DNA from: a virus
Length of the DNA: 64,000 nt
Strand: one strand, 5' to 3'
Virus record (IMG/VR): IMGVR_UViG_3300005573_000001
Shown piece after piece: positions 16,175 through 26,448 of this stretch; the first letter of the stretch is position 1; every line of letters starts with the position of its first letter. Both the position numbers and the translations under genes were made by a program. Under the pieces are notes generated by a model. That model made no database searches. It was not told the origin of the DNA and was given only the letters and a program-made list of their open reading frames with translations.

Positions 16175-16668
16175 TGTCTGCACTAGGTGACACTATTAGG
16201 GCCGGAGAGGCCAAAGAAGCGGCAAAGGATGTTACAGGTAAGTTAACTAAAGAAGTCCTAAAGAGTCATAATTTCGGAAAGAATTTACTTGTTACAAGTG
16301 TCCTTAGTACTGTAGGCAATCTTATAGAAGGAGAAAGCCCAGGACGCGCCATAGCACAAGGTGCATTAGCAGGTATTAAGTTTGGCGTAATAGGAGCAGT
16401 ACTGCCAGGTTTCTTCGGAACACAGATAGCTTTTCAAGTAGGCAAAGCTCTCGGTGGCTTATACTTCTCTTTGAACCGTAGGGGCAGGGAACTGCGTACC
16501 ATACGGCAAGACAAGAATAACTTCAACTGGAATTTCGTCGATACTGAGCAGGCTTATACTATGAGGCAAGCAGCAGTACAGGCAATACAGGCAAGCAAAT
16601 TAAACGCCAGGTCTGCACTAGGTGGGGAGGCACGGCTGATGCACCTTGGCATACCTGGAAGGTGGTAA
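16174..16668 (+). CDS. Gly-rich hydrophobic hypothetical protein
   Basis: Coupled (TAATG) to the upstream gene and to the terminase. Confidence 0.7.
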   Translation: MSALGDTIRAGEAKEAAKDVTGKLTKEVLKSHNFGKNLLVTSVLSTVGNLIEGESPGRAIAQGALAGIKFGVIGAVLPGFFGTQIAFQVGKALGGLYFSLNRRGRELRTIRQDKNNFNWNFVDTEQAYTMRQAAVQAIQASKLNARSALGGEARLMHLGIPGRW

Positions 16669-19091
16669 TGGTGGCGGACACAGTAGAAAAGTTTACGCAA
16701 GAGGAACTTGAGTTACTTGAGATACTGAATGATCCCGTTCTCTGGGCACAAGTAGAACTTGGTGAGGAACCTCGATGGTATCAGGCAGAAATACTGAGGG
16801 ATCCAAGCAAGCGTAAGGCCGTTAGATGCGGAAGGCGAGTAGGCAAGTGTATATGGCGTCTGTCGGAAATAGAAACGGAAGATGGGCCAATGACTGCCGA
16901 AGAACTCTATAAGCTTGCACCAGAGCGGCGTCCAGCCATCCTTACATGTGACGAATCAAGTCTGACAATTACTAAAACCGCCAACTATAGCATCTTCGAT
17001 AACAGTATAAAGCCAGTTTACAAGATAACTACCAATACGGGCCGCGTAAACTATGCTACAGAGAACCACCCGTATCTTACCATAAATAACAACGAGACAT
17101 CATGGGTATGTATCCAAGATATGAAGCTTGGAGACCACATAGCTGTCCCGGCATCCTATGAAGGCCTAATTAACGGGATTCCGATAGGCACAGAGACAGC
17201 CGCTGCGCTCGGTATGTCATTCTCTGGTAATAAAGCCGTGCCGAAGTCTGTTATGTCCGGGACTTCAGCCGACATAGCAAGCTTCCTTGCCGCGTACTGG
17301 CATAACAACGGATGGAACTCCGGCAAGACATATGGATGTGGCACAGACTCATATCGGGCGGCTAAAGACATCCAGCATTTGCTCTTGAGAGTTGGTATGG
17401 TATCCCACATTGAGAATACAGGCGCGGCTGGCTGGTACGTAATCATAGATGACCCGGAGTGTATCTATAAACAATCCCGCTCTGTGAGCCCAGGTATTCT
17501 GTGGGATCAGGTAGTATGTATTGAGTATATCGGCGAACAGCAGACATACGACTTGACTGTCGAGGAAACACACACGTTCATATCCGATGACATCATATCG
17601 CATAATACGTGGACGATGTGTACACACATGTTGTGGTTTGCATACACCCATGCTAATAGCGAACAACTGGTGGTAGCCCCTTATGAAGCACAGATCGCAG
17701 TAATCTTCGATCAGTTACGTACCCTTATCAACAAGTCAGACCACTTGGTTAACTCCCTAGCCGGCAGTAAGCGTAGCCCACAAGAGATTAGACTTAAGAA
17801 TGGTGCGAAGATAAAGGGCTTTACCGCTGGCACAAAGTCCGGTGCAGAAGCAGGCTCGATTCGCGGTCAGAGAGCCGACTGGATATACATGGACGAGGTC
17901 GACTATATGACCGACAAGGACTTCGAAGCAGTCTACGCGATAGCAATAGAGAGCCCGGAAATCGGCGTGTGGGTAAGTTCAACTCCTACTGGCCGCAGGG
18001 GCAAGTTCTATCACATCTGTACTGACCCAGATTCTGTGTGGAGGGAGTTCCACTATCCAGCCATGGTTAACCCGCTATGGACCGATAGTATGGAACAAGA
18101 ACTAAGGCGGACATTTTCCCAAGTCGGATATGAGCACGATGTACTAGCTGAATTTGGAACCGAGATGGTGGGCGTCTTTCCTAAGGATAAAGTAGATGCA
18201 GCCAGAACAAAGTATAACTACGTTACACACCGGCCGCCGCAAGCCTCGCACGTATGCATAGGAGTAGACTGGGACAAGTATGGAGCGGCAAGTCAAATCG
18301 TAGTAACCGGATGGATCCCGAATAAAAATAAGCCCGACACAGGTAAATTCAGAGTGCTCGATAGGGAAGAGATTCCAAAGAGCCAATTTACACTGACGGA
18401 GGCGGTAAATAAGGTAGTAGAACTTAACGCTGCCTTTAACCCCGACTTCATTTATATAGACCGAGGCATGGGCGAATACCAACTCGAAACATTTCACATC
18501 TACGGCATGGAGCATCCAGAAACCTGTCTGAACAATCGCTTGAAGGGAATCCAATTCTCCGAGACTAAGGAGTTTATCGATCCGTTCACCAAGTTGCCGG
18601 ACAAGAAACCCATCAAGGTCTTTATGGTAAACCATACGCAGATCCTTCTGGAAGAGGGGCTTGTGGAAATCAATGATTCCGATGAGATACTATGGCGTCA
18701 GCTATGCGATTATCAGGTAACGAAGATAACGGACAGGGGATTGCCAAAGTATACGTCAGAAAATGAACACGCGCTCGATGCCATGATGCTATCTCTTCTA
18801 GCATTTGCATTAGAGATACCCGAACTTACAGACATCATCGTACAGCCGTCATTTAAGGCTCCTGTACATACTATAAAACTGAAGCACCCTAATATATTCA
18901 GGGGCTCGGTCAGTCAGCCGCGAAATTATCATGATCAGAACGATTATGGTGAGAAAGAATTTGAGAAGATGGTCGAGGTACCATTAGGCACTACCAGCTA
19001 TAGAGTCCAACAAAAGTTCAAAAAGCGCATGGTAGGCTGGTCGGATAGAGGAGGCTATGGCAATCCAATGCCGAAGCGTAGAACATGGTAA
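16668..19091 (+). CDS. terL: Terminase large subunit (intein-containing)
   Basis: Q-motif WYQ, Walker A GRRVGK/T split by the intein, Walker B IYMDE, motif III SSTP, RNase H-like nuclease IGVDWD...HALDA. Confidence 0.93.
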   Translation: MVADTVEKFTQEELELLEILNDPVLWAQVELGEEPRWYQAEILRDPSKRKAVRCGRRVGKCIWRLSEIETEDGPMTAEELYKLAPERRPAILTCDESSLTITKTANYSIFDNSIKPVYKITTNTGRVNYATENHPYLTINNNETSWVCIQDMKLGDHIAVPASYEGLINGIPIGTETAAALGMSFSGNKAVPKSVMSGTSADIASFLAAYWHNNGWNSGKTYGCGTDSYRAAKDIQHLLLRVGMVSHIENTGAAGWYVIIDDPECIYKQSRSVSPGILWDQVVCIEYIGEQQTYDLTVEETHTFISDDIISHNTWTMCTHMLWFAYTHANSEQLVVAPYEAQIAVIFDQLRTLINKSDHLVNSLAGSKRSPQEIRLKNGAKIKGFTAGTKSGAEAGSIRGQRADWIYMDEVDYMTDKDFEAVYAIAIESPEIGVWVSSTPTGRRGKFYHICTDPDSVWREFHYPAMVNPLWTDSMEQELRRTFSQVGYEHDVLAEFGTEMVGVFPKDKVDAARTKYNYVTHRPPQASHVCIGVDWDKYGAASQIVVTGWIPNKNKPDTGKFRVLDREEIPKSQFTLTEAVNKVVELNAAFNPDFIYIDRGMGEYQLETFHIYGMEHPETCLNNRLKGIQFSETKEFIDPFTKLPDKKPIKVFMVNHTQILLEEGLVEINDSDEILWRQLCDYQVTKITDRGLPKYTSENEHALDAMMLSLLAFALEIPELTDIIVQPSFKAPVHTIKLKHPNIFRGSVSQPRNYHDQNDYGEKEFEKMVEVPLGTTSYRVQQKFKKRMVGWSDRGGYGNPMPKRRTW
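16848..17606 (+). mobile_element. Intein (253 aa) in the TerL Walker A motif; degenerate LAGLIDADG endonuclease
   Basis: Starts with Cys (CIWRLSEI); block B TENHP; ends YDLTV..HTF..ISHN followed by Thr. Confidence 0.92.
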
Positions 19092-19249
19092 CTCACTGGA
19101 GTGGGCTATATAGTAAGGGGAGTTGAAAGACTCTCCATCGCCTCCTAAGCAGCTATCACGGCTACTTAACCCTCTCATTTCCCCACTCCTATATGGTGGC
19201 CCTTGGGGCACCTTGGGCCACCACACTTCCTTAAAGGAGAATACCAACT

Positions 19250-19570
19250 ATGATGCCAATGGTAACAAAGTTTACTACTACTAGTGAAAACTATGACTTG
19301 CTGCAAGACAGTGAGGTTCTTAACAAAATAGCCGATGTTATGGGAAAGGGGGCCGCGGAAAAGCTAAGTCTGGGCATATCTATCAGGTGTAGCGTTGAAA
19401 TCAAGATGGTTCTTGTAGAAGAGGAGGATACCACTACGCTCATAATCAACGGTGGCAGCTCTGAACAGGACCTAGTTGACGGCACCACATGGAGCTCGTA
19501 TGGTCCAAGAGACTTCTACTCGATAGTTGTAAAGGACTCGGGCAAGACTGGATATATAACAATCCACTAA
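19250..19570 (+). CDS. Hypothetical protein
   Basis: SD AAAGGAG; 106 aa. Confidence 0.7.
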   Translation: MMPMVTKFTTTSENYDLLQDSEVLNKIADVMGKGAAEKLSLGISIRCSVEIKMVLVEEEDTTTLIINGGSSEQDLVDGTTWSSYGPRDFYSIVVKDSGKTGYITIH

Positions 19571-19576
19571 TTACTG

Positions 19577-20806
19577 ATGATAAGCGAGTTAGATAGACAA
19601 TTAATTAAATACAGGGCATACATTCACTATACCAAGCCCGAGTTGAATCCAATCAACAACGTTCCTTACAGCCAGGTTACTACGTCGGCGGCAGTTCTTT
19701 ACGCCGACAAGCCGAGTGATACCGTAAGGACAATGCAAAGCCTACTTACCAAAGCTAACAGGTTGCTTAAGGCGTTAGACCCAAATGGAAGCATCGGTAA
19801 GATTATAAACAACAATGGGCACACCCTATATAACATTAGGCAAGTTGAAGACTTTGTTCGCAGCGTAAGAGGCATAGATGGCGACGTCAAGGCGGAATTA
19901 GCCATAGAGCTTTACGACATAGCAGCCTATATGTCCTACCTGCTCAACTTCGCCCTTGACGCTTATGCAAGCATACTAAAGTTCGAGCGTACAGGAAACA
20001 TCGACGCGGATATGCGCGCATATGAGGCGGCAGAAGAAGAATTTATAAACCTCCTCATATCATACGACAAGAGTATCGAATCTAAGAAGATAGAAGTCAA
20101 GGGTTTGTTACGCTCCAGGATACCGGCAAACGACCCCAAGGTACTATCCGTACAAGCAGAGCAGATTACGATGGAGGGCCGGCTGGACGAGTTACGTAAA
20201 CATTCGTCCATGCTTTCTGAGCTCACTACAATAGCGAACGAGCAGTTCCTAAAGGCAGACAAGATAGTAGACGACATTGCGTGGTACGTAAATCAAGACC
20301 AGACCGACATTACGGAGTCCCTAATATCTACGCTAAGCGAGTATCCCGATAATATATCTGCAGTTATCCCAACGCTCAAGACCAACATATACTACTCATT
20401 TGCAACAGAGAACCACTCAATCAATGAGGAGACAAACAAGAGCCTATCGTCCGCTAATAAGGATTCACTTAAGGGTGTTATGGATACGATAGTAATCGAT
20501 TCGGCGGCGGTCAGCACGCATAGTTATAAGTCCTTAGTGCAGCTCGCCAAGACAGCCAACAGCGGGTTAGTTGGTAAACACATACTGCAGGGCGCAGTAG
20601 CCGCCAATAGATTACTGGAAAGTCACGCATTACAGCTGCATACCGGCGGTAGCGAATATATCGTGATGAAGCGTAATATAGTAAAGGCCATTATCAACAA
20701 ACAAGAAGCAAGACATATATATCAAACACTTAGCAAGATCGAGAACCTTGCTCAAGATAATAATCTTACACTAAGCCAGTTAGCACAAAGCATAACAAAT
20801 ATGTAG
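19577..20806 (+). CDS. Hypothetical helical protein, probably virion-associated
   Basis: 409-aa ORF within the head gene cluster. Confidence 0.7.
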   Translation: MISELDRQLIKYRAYIHYTKPELNPINNVPYSQVTTSAAVLYADKPSDTVRTMQSLLTKANRLLKALDPNGSIGKIINNNGHTLYNIRQVEDFVRSVRGIDGDVKAELAIELYDIAAYMSYLLNFALDAYASILKFERTGNIDADMRAYEAAEEEFINLLISYDKSIESKKIEVKGLLRSRIPANDPKVLSVQAEQITMEGRLDELRKHSSMLSELTTIANEQFLKADKIVDDIAWYVNQDQTDITESLISTLSEYPDNISAVIPTLKTNIYYSFATENHSINEETNKSLSSANKDSLKGVMDTIVIDSAAVSTHSYKSLVQLAKTANSGLVGKHILQGAVAANRLLESHALQLHTGGSEYIVMKRNIVKAIINKQEARHIYQTLSKIENLAQDNNLTLSQLAQSITNM

Positions 20807-20814
20807 GAGATCAA

Positions 20815-21705
20815 ATGGCGATTAATCCAGCAGAATTAGAAGCAAGACTCCAGCAGTACTTGCACCAAGTAGGATTAAACTATGAGATACCTCAGGATAT
20901 AGCCCTGATAGAGTTACAGAGGATTAATGCGGAGCCACAGGATACACGGAATAAAATAGTCGTGCGTAGGACCCTTTCGTTAGACGGGCCGGCGATGATT
21001 ATCCCACTATATGATGTGCACTTTGGCCACAACAAGAGCAACCTAAGAAAACTAATGGCAATCGCAACGCTGATACTCAAGACGAAGGATTGCTATACGT
21101 TCATAGGCGGCGACTTATCTGAAACCGCTACAAGAACCTCAATAGGCAAAGGCATGTTTGACGAAGTAGCCCATATAAGGGAACAACTGAAGTTTATGAA
21201 GACCATGCTAAAGCCGCTTGCCGATGCAGGCAAGGTCTTATGCGCAGTTAGCGGAAACCATGAGCACAGGGTAAGCAACCTGCTAGGCATAGATCCGTTA
21301 GAGATATTATGCGACAACCTAAAAATCCCCTACTGTGAATATCAGGGGTATATGCTACTCACGGTTGGTAACCAAGTATACGAAGTATTCTGTCATCATG
21401 GAGTAAGTGGCGGCCGGACTGTCGGGGCAAAGATGAACGCCGCAATGAAATTTAACCAGGTAGCCGTTGCAGACTTGTACATAAGCGGACATACTCACAT
21501 GAAGGAGAGCTGTTACGATAAGATATTTATCTTCGATAGGGAGACAGGGGAACTACGCGAAAAAATAAGACATTATGTTATAGCGAGCTCATTCCTAGAA
21601 TACTTTGGGTGCTATACAGAAATGCAGGCACTCGTACCGGCAGTAACGGGGGCTACCGCAATACAACTGATGGACACGACTAAGGAAATTAGGATCACGA
21701 AATAG
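20815..21705 (+). CDS. Calcineurin-like metallophosphoesterase
   Basis: DVHFG, GGDLSE, GNHE, HHG and GHTH motifs. Confidence 0.9.
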   Translation: MAINPAELEARLQQYLHQVGLNYEIPQDIALIELQRINAEPQDTRNKIVVRRTLSLDGPAMIIPLYDVHFGHNKSNLRKLMAIATLILKTKDCYTFIGGDLSETATRTSIGKGMFDEVAHIREQLKFMKTMLKPLADAGKVLCAVSGNHEHRVSNLLGIDPLEILCDNLKIPYCEYQGYMLLTVGNQVYEVFCHHGVSGGRTVGAKMNAAMKFNQVAVADLYISGHTHMKESCYDKIFIFDRETGELREKIRHYVIASSFLEYFGCYTEMQALVPAVTGATAIQLMDTTKEIRITK

Positions 21706-21715
21706 AGGGTACCAA

Positions 21716-23791
21716 ATGAATCTATGGGACATGGTAGTAAGAATCTTTAAACCAGTGCCGTCCGAAATAGTATTGGAGGCTAGGAAAGACGTTACTCCAA
21801 TCGGGTCAACAGTCAAGTTTGTTGGATATGCGACCGACTATACGTCGAGAAGTCAATTTATCTATCCAGAAGATTTTGACTTCGACGAGATAGAGACGGC
21901 ATACAATACGGATTCATATCTAAGGCAAGCTATTGATAAGATCGTAGACCTAATATTTAAGGCGGGTTACACCATCACAGGTAAAAACCAGCAAGCGGTC
22001 GACTACATTAATATGCGCCTGCGCATTATGGCTATAGCTACCGGTATCCCAACCAAGCAGTTCTTCGTAAATATAGCCGAAGATTTAGTCCTATTCCATA
22101 ACGTATTCATCGTTAAGGCAAGACAAAGTGGCGATTACCAGTATCCAAGTGGGCTAAGGGTAACCGGTATTAATGGCGGCAAGCCCATTGTAGGGTACTT
22201 TGTTCTCCCAGTATCCACGATAGCCATAAAGAAAACAGAGACCGGGGTTATTACAGGATACCAGCAATCGGCTCCGAGCGTCGGCAAGAGCTTAGTCTTT
22301 AAGCCGGAGGATATAATCCATATCTATGCCGACAAGCCTCGTGGAAAAACATACGGTGTACCGTTCGTTTGGCAAGCGCTAGATGACATCAAGCTCTTGC
22401 GGCAAGTCGAAGAACTTGTGGCGCGTCTAATCTATAAGAATATATTCCCACTAATACATTACAAGGTAGGTAATACTCAGGCTGGGCAAGGTGGTACGCC
22501 CGGGGAAATAGAAGAGGCGGCACAAAATCTACACTCTATGCCAATAGACGGCGCACTAGTTACCAATGAGCGTCACCAGATTGAGATAGTTGGTTCTGAG
22601 GGCAAAGCCCTTGATGCATATAATTATTTAAAGTATTACGAGGAGCGCGTCTTCACGGCATTAGGTGTGTCAGAAACCCTAATGGGCCGTGGGAGCACGG
22701 CAAATAAGTCTACGGCCGACAATCTTACGGCGCAAGCCAACGACCGCATAAAGGCATACCAATCCATAATGGAAAGCTTCGTAGACGACAGTATTATTAC
22801 GGAATTGCTCTATGAAGGCGGATTTGATCCAATAGCAAAGCCTGAAGATATGGTCTACTTTAGATTCAAGGAGACCGACATAGACAACAGGACTAAGCTT
22901 GAGAACCAGGCGCTGCAGAAATGGCTGAGTAATGCTATCACATTCGAGGAGATGCGTACGGAGATTGGCATGGACGTCGCTGCACAGGAAGATAGGCTCT
23001 ATGTCAACATGATCGGCTCTGCGAATGCAGAAAATAAAGCCGCCATAGCTAATCTGGTGTCACCACAAAACCAGCACACTACAAAGCATAGCCTCGAGAC
23101 TCTTCACGAGTATGAGAGGACACAGTTGCAGTTAGGCGCTATTGCCTCAGAGTATAAGGGCATTCTACTTAAAACCTGGAACGATACCCAAGCAGACATC
23201 ACAGACCTGATTAGGCAACGCTATATGAATGGGAAGAAAGACTACCGTAGTTTCTCCCCTAGTGAGATCAATCTGGTATGCATGCTCTCGACAAGCATCA
23301 TCAATGCCAGGTATGAAGCGCTTATCGGTCCGGTTGTCAAGATGGGCATACAGGACGCCCAAGACCAGTCTGGCAAGACGTCCACCATGAATGCCGGTTC
23401 CATTATGATGGTTAGCAAGCACGAACATGAGAACCTGCTTCGTAATCTCTTCTCAGGAGATATTACGACCCACCTAGCCAAGGTGATACGTGACGCAACT
23501 GACGAAAATATAACTTCGCTCATAATGGGAGCATTTAAGTCGCTGGAATACAAGCTAGATCTCTTAGCTATATATGATGTATATCACACGTATAATTATG
23601 CATTTGGTCGCACCGCAGTTAGTATGAAGCTTAAGAAGGCCTTCGTTAACACCTCTAATGAGAGTTGTGAAACCTGTCAGAGGGTAAGCAGTGTCCCACT
23701 GACATTAAATCTAACTGGCATCCCGCCACTGCACTATGGGTGTAAATGTATCCTAACGCTAAATGATCCCAACAAGGAAGGAGAGCAATAA
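21716..23791 (+). CDS. Portal protein with a C-terminal MuF/gp7-like head morphogenesis segment
   Basis: Position; portal-like segments PEDIIHI, YGVP and ALGVS..LMG; C-terminal CETC...PPLHYGCKC. Confidence 0.8.
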   Translation: MNLWDMVVRIFKPVPSEIVLEARKDVTPIGSTVKFVGYATDYTSRSQFIYPEDFDFDEIETAYNTDSYLRQAIDKIVDLIFKAGYTITGKNQQAVDYINMRLRIMAIATGIPTKQFFVNIAEDLVLFHNVFIVKARQSGDYQYPSGLRVTGINGGKPIVGYFVLPVSTIAIKKTETGVITGYQQSAPSVGKSLVFKPEDIIHIYADKPRGKTYGVPFVWQALDDIKLLRQVEELVARLIYKNIFPLIHYKVGNTQAGQGGTPGEIEEAAQNLHSMPIDGALVTNERHQIEIVGSEGKALDAYNYLKYYEERVFTALGVSETLMGRGSTANKSTADNLTAQANDRIKAYQSIMESFVDDSIITELLYEGGFDPIAKPEDMVYFRFKETDIDNRTKLENQALQKWLSNAITFEEMRTEIGMDVAAQEDRLYVNMIGSANAENKAAIANLVSPQNQHTTKHSLETLHEYERTQLQLGAIASEYKGILLKTWNDTQADITDLIRQRYMNGKKDYRSFSPSEINLVCMLSTSIINARYEALIGPVVKMGIQDAQDQSGKTSTMNAGSIMMVSKHEHENLLRNLFSGDITTHLAKVIRDATDENITSLIMGAFKSLEYKLDLLAIYDVYHTYNYAFGRTAVSMKLKKAFVNTSNESCETCQRVSSVPLTLNLTGIPPLHYGCKCILTLNDPNKEGEQ

Positions 23792-25200
23792 TGAAACACG
23801 ATTTACAAGAACTCGCTGAACTGAAGAAAAACAAAGTAGTATATGAAAACTACACCATAGATTTTCAGATAGATAATGAAGCAAAGGAGTTTATAGTTAA
23901 TAAGCTTAATGAGTCTGCGGAGTCTACCCCTATATCGATCATGCCTAGGATTGCAGCGATCCATGCAGGTATGACGGAAAACCACAACTTTTATTCTAGT
24001 GCGGAGCTGATGGGTGAGAACGATCCCGAGACTGAAAGATACACCGGCATACATAGTTGGACCCGTCCCTATGAAAAGCCAATACTCAAGAACCATGATA
24101 CCGATTCAGAACCGCTGGGGCGCGTAAAGGGTGCTTGCTTTGTGACACATGGTGCAACGCCATCCAGCCAAGACCATGAAGTTATAGTTGCAGAAATCGT
24201 AGACCAGGATGCAATAGTCAAGTTTCTTGACGGAAGGTACCAGACAGTCAGTATCGGCAGCAGGGTTGAGAAGATGATTTGCAGTATATGTGGTACCGAC
24301 ATTGTAAGCGAAGAATTCTGCGGTCACTGGAAAGGTAAAACATACGATGGTGCGCTGTGCTACTACATTCCTAAGGGAATAACACATATAGAGTGCAGTG
24401 TAGTCAATGTACCGGCAGACCGTAAGGCGCGCGTCATATCGATAAACGCCGAGAGTTACGCCAAGGTTGGAGAGAGCATGGTCAACCTGAGTAAGTCACC
24501 GACATCTAAGGAATTCGTACTCCAGGAATCCGAGGCAAGAACTATAGGACTCATTACGGAAAATTTACAAGGAGGCAAACAACCTATGGACAACCAAGAC
24601 CTCAAGGACAGCCTTGAAGAGTCTGAGGCTATTGTCAAAGGTCAGCAACAGGCGACGCCACCTGAGGAAAACGTAGATGTCGCGGTACTTCAAGCTCAGA
24701 ATGAAGGGCTTAAAGGTCAGGTAGCAGCTTTGACGACAGAGAAGGCGACTCTTGAGGCAGACAAGGCCGCCCTTACCGAACAGGTCGCTGCGCTTACGGC
24801 TCAGGTAAACACGCTCACATCTGAGAAGAATGTCTTAGTACAGGAAAAGGCAAGTCTCGAACAGGAGAAGATCAGATTACTGGAGACCAATACCAAACTT
24901 GCGTCGCAGGCACATGTGGCGCTTGCCGGACAAGTTGCGGACCTCAAAATAGCCATGGGCCTCATTCAGCCGAGTGAAAGAGAGGCCGCGTTGGCGGTGC
25001 TACTTAACCGCTCTGACGAGTCCCTCAACGATACTCTGTGTGACCTTAAGGCAATGCCGAAAGTTGCGACAATACCTGAAAAGGTGTTAAACCCGGGTTC
25101 AGACGTCAAGACGACGGCAACCCCCAAGAGGACCAAAGAAGAAATAATAAAACAAGGCCAACAAATTCTTATGAATCAGTTTAAGAGAATGGGCCACTAA
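23791..25200 (+). CDS. Prohead protease fused to a coiled-coil scaffold
   Basis: KPILKNHD, GRV, TVSIG, CSICG..CGH and ECSVVNVPAD; heptad-rich C-terminus. Confidence 0.85.
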   Translation: MKHDLQELAELKKNKVVYENYTIDFQIDNEAKEFIVNKLNESAESTPISIMPRIAAIHAGMTENHNFYSSAELMGENDPETERYTGIHSWTRPYEKPILKNHDTDSEPLGRVKGACFVTHGATPSSQDHEVIVAEIVDQDAIVKFLDGRYQTVSIGSRVEKMICSICGTDIVSEEFCGHWKGKTYDGALCYYIPKGITHIECSVVNVPADRKARVISINAESYAKVGESMVNLSKSPTSKEFVLQESEARTIGLITENLQGGKQPMDNQDLKDSLEESEAIVKGQQQATPPEENVDVAVLQAQNEGLKGQVAALTTEKATLEADKAALTEQVAALTAQVNTLTSEKNVLVQEKASLEQEKIRLLETNTKLASQAHVALAGQVADLKIAMGLIQPSEREAALAVLLNRSDESLNDTLCDLKAMPKVATIPEKVLNPGSDVKTTATPKRTKEEIIKQGQQILMNQFKRMGH

Positions 25201-25218
25201 TCTAAAGGAGGAAAACTT

Positions 25219-26418
25219 ATGCCATTGTTCCCAAATCCTACTGTCTCGTATGAGGGTAGGAGCCAAACAAATCTCGAGATAGCATCTGGCTTTACTTTCA
25301 CGCAGAAATACCTCCCTGCTGCGTCCGAAGCAGTAAAGTTCCAGTATGCTTTCGCCCCGACGGACAATAAGGACGTCGTAATCCCAAAGGGCAAAGTCGT
25401 GTCCCTTGCGGGCATGGAATGGGATGCATTTTCAGGGCATTACTATCCGGCGCTCAAGATATGCGAGAGCGACGAAATACCTATCGGGGTTAATGCCTAC
25501 AACGTTTACAAAAGGATCCGTGACGTCGATCCGGGCAATTTGCCTTTAGTCCTTACGAACTCTGTCATCGAGGTACCAGTATTTGCTGAAAGCACCGATG
25601 CGGCTGCGATCAAGTTCGGAGCTGCGGTTGCTGCTACGGCAGATAGCATACTTGGTAAACTCGTCGGTTCGAATGACGACGGCAACATTGTTGCTCTGAG
25701 CACCAACTACCATCTTGCCATAGGGCAGTGTGTAGCGATTGAGACCGACGTCCCGATGGAAGGATTCCTGCAGTACTTCCTGGAGCAGAACGACACTCAG
25801 CTCTGGCAGCAGATCAAACAGACCATGAATGCTCCGAGCGCCGGTATTAGTGTAAGCACGGGTCAGTACGACATAGCGCAGTATCCATACTACGCAACTA
25901 CAAAACCGATTCGCGGTTGGGCTGAAGGCATCCAGATGCTGACGGATGGATTCTTCCGTGCTAAGAAACAGGTTACGGGTATCTCTATTGACAACTACGA
26001 CTTCGGCACCACGCCCGCGCTGTATACTTCGTCTGACGACCAATATCAGCAGATTACTAGCTACAAGACAATGGGTCCTGTAACTATTAACGACAGCAAT
26101 CCTGATACGATAACGGTCGCTTCCGATTATCGCGGTGCTGCGCTGAGGGTTATCTTTAAAGACCAGCTCGCTCTCGATGATCCCGGTGTGACCGTATATA
26201 TCGCAAACTCCGCAGGCACAGGGTGGGATACAGTCGACTCTTCGAATGTCCATGTAGATCTGTACAATAACGCCGTAACGGTGTACTTTACCTCTGCTAT
26301 TACCGCAAAGCGTATCAAGTTCACGGCTAACCTGCTTATAGATCGCACACCTGGCATTGCAACCAACGCCGACTGGGCAAAGTGTATCGGTTTAGCTCGC
26401 ATCAAGCTGACGAAGTAA
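25219..26418 (+). CDS. Capsid decoration/minor head protein
   Basis: Lies between protease and capsid genes; VVIPKGKVV beta-rich pattern; strong SD. Confidence 0.6.
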   Translation: MPLFPNPTVSYEGRSQTNLEIASGFTFTQKYLPAASEAVKFQYAFAPTDNKDVVIPKGKVVSLAGMEWDAFSGHYYPALKICESDEIPIGVNAYNVYKRIRDVDPGNLPLVLTNSVIEVPVFAESTDAAAIKFGAAVAATADSILGKLVGSNDDGNIVALSTNYHLAIGQCVAIETDVPMEGFLQYFLEQNDTQLWQQIKQTMNAPSAGISVSTGQYDIAQYPYYATTKPIRGWAEGIQMLTDGFFRAKKQVTGISIDNYDFGTTPALYTSSDDQYQQITSYKTMGPVTINDSNPDTITVASDYRGAALRVIFKDQLALDDPGVTVYIANSAGTGWDTVDSSNVHVDLYNNAVTVYFTSAITAKRIKFTANLLIDRTPGIATNADWAKCIGLARIKLTK

Positions 26419-26448
26419 GGCTAGAAAGGTAAAGGAGGAAAATCTACT

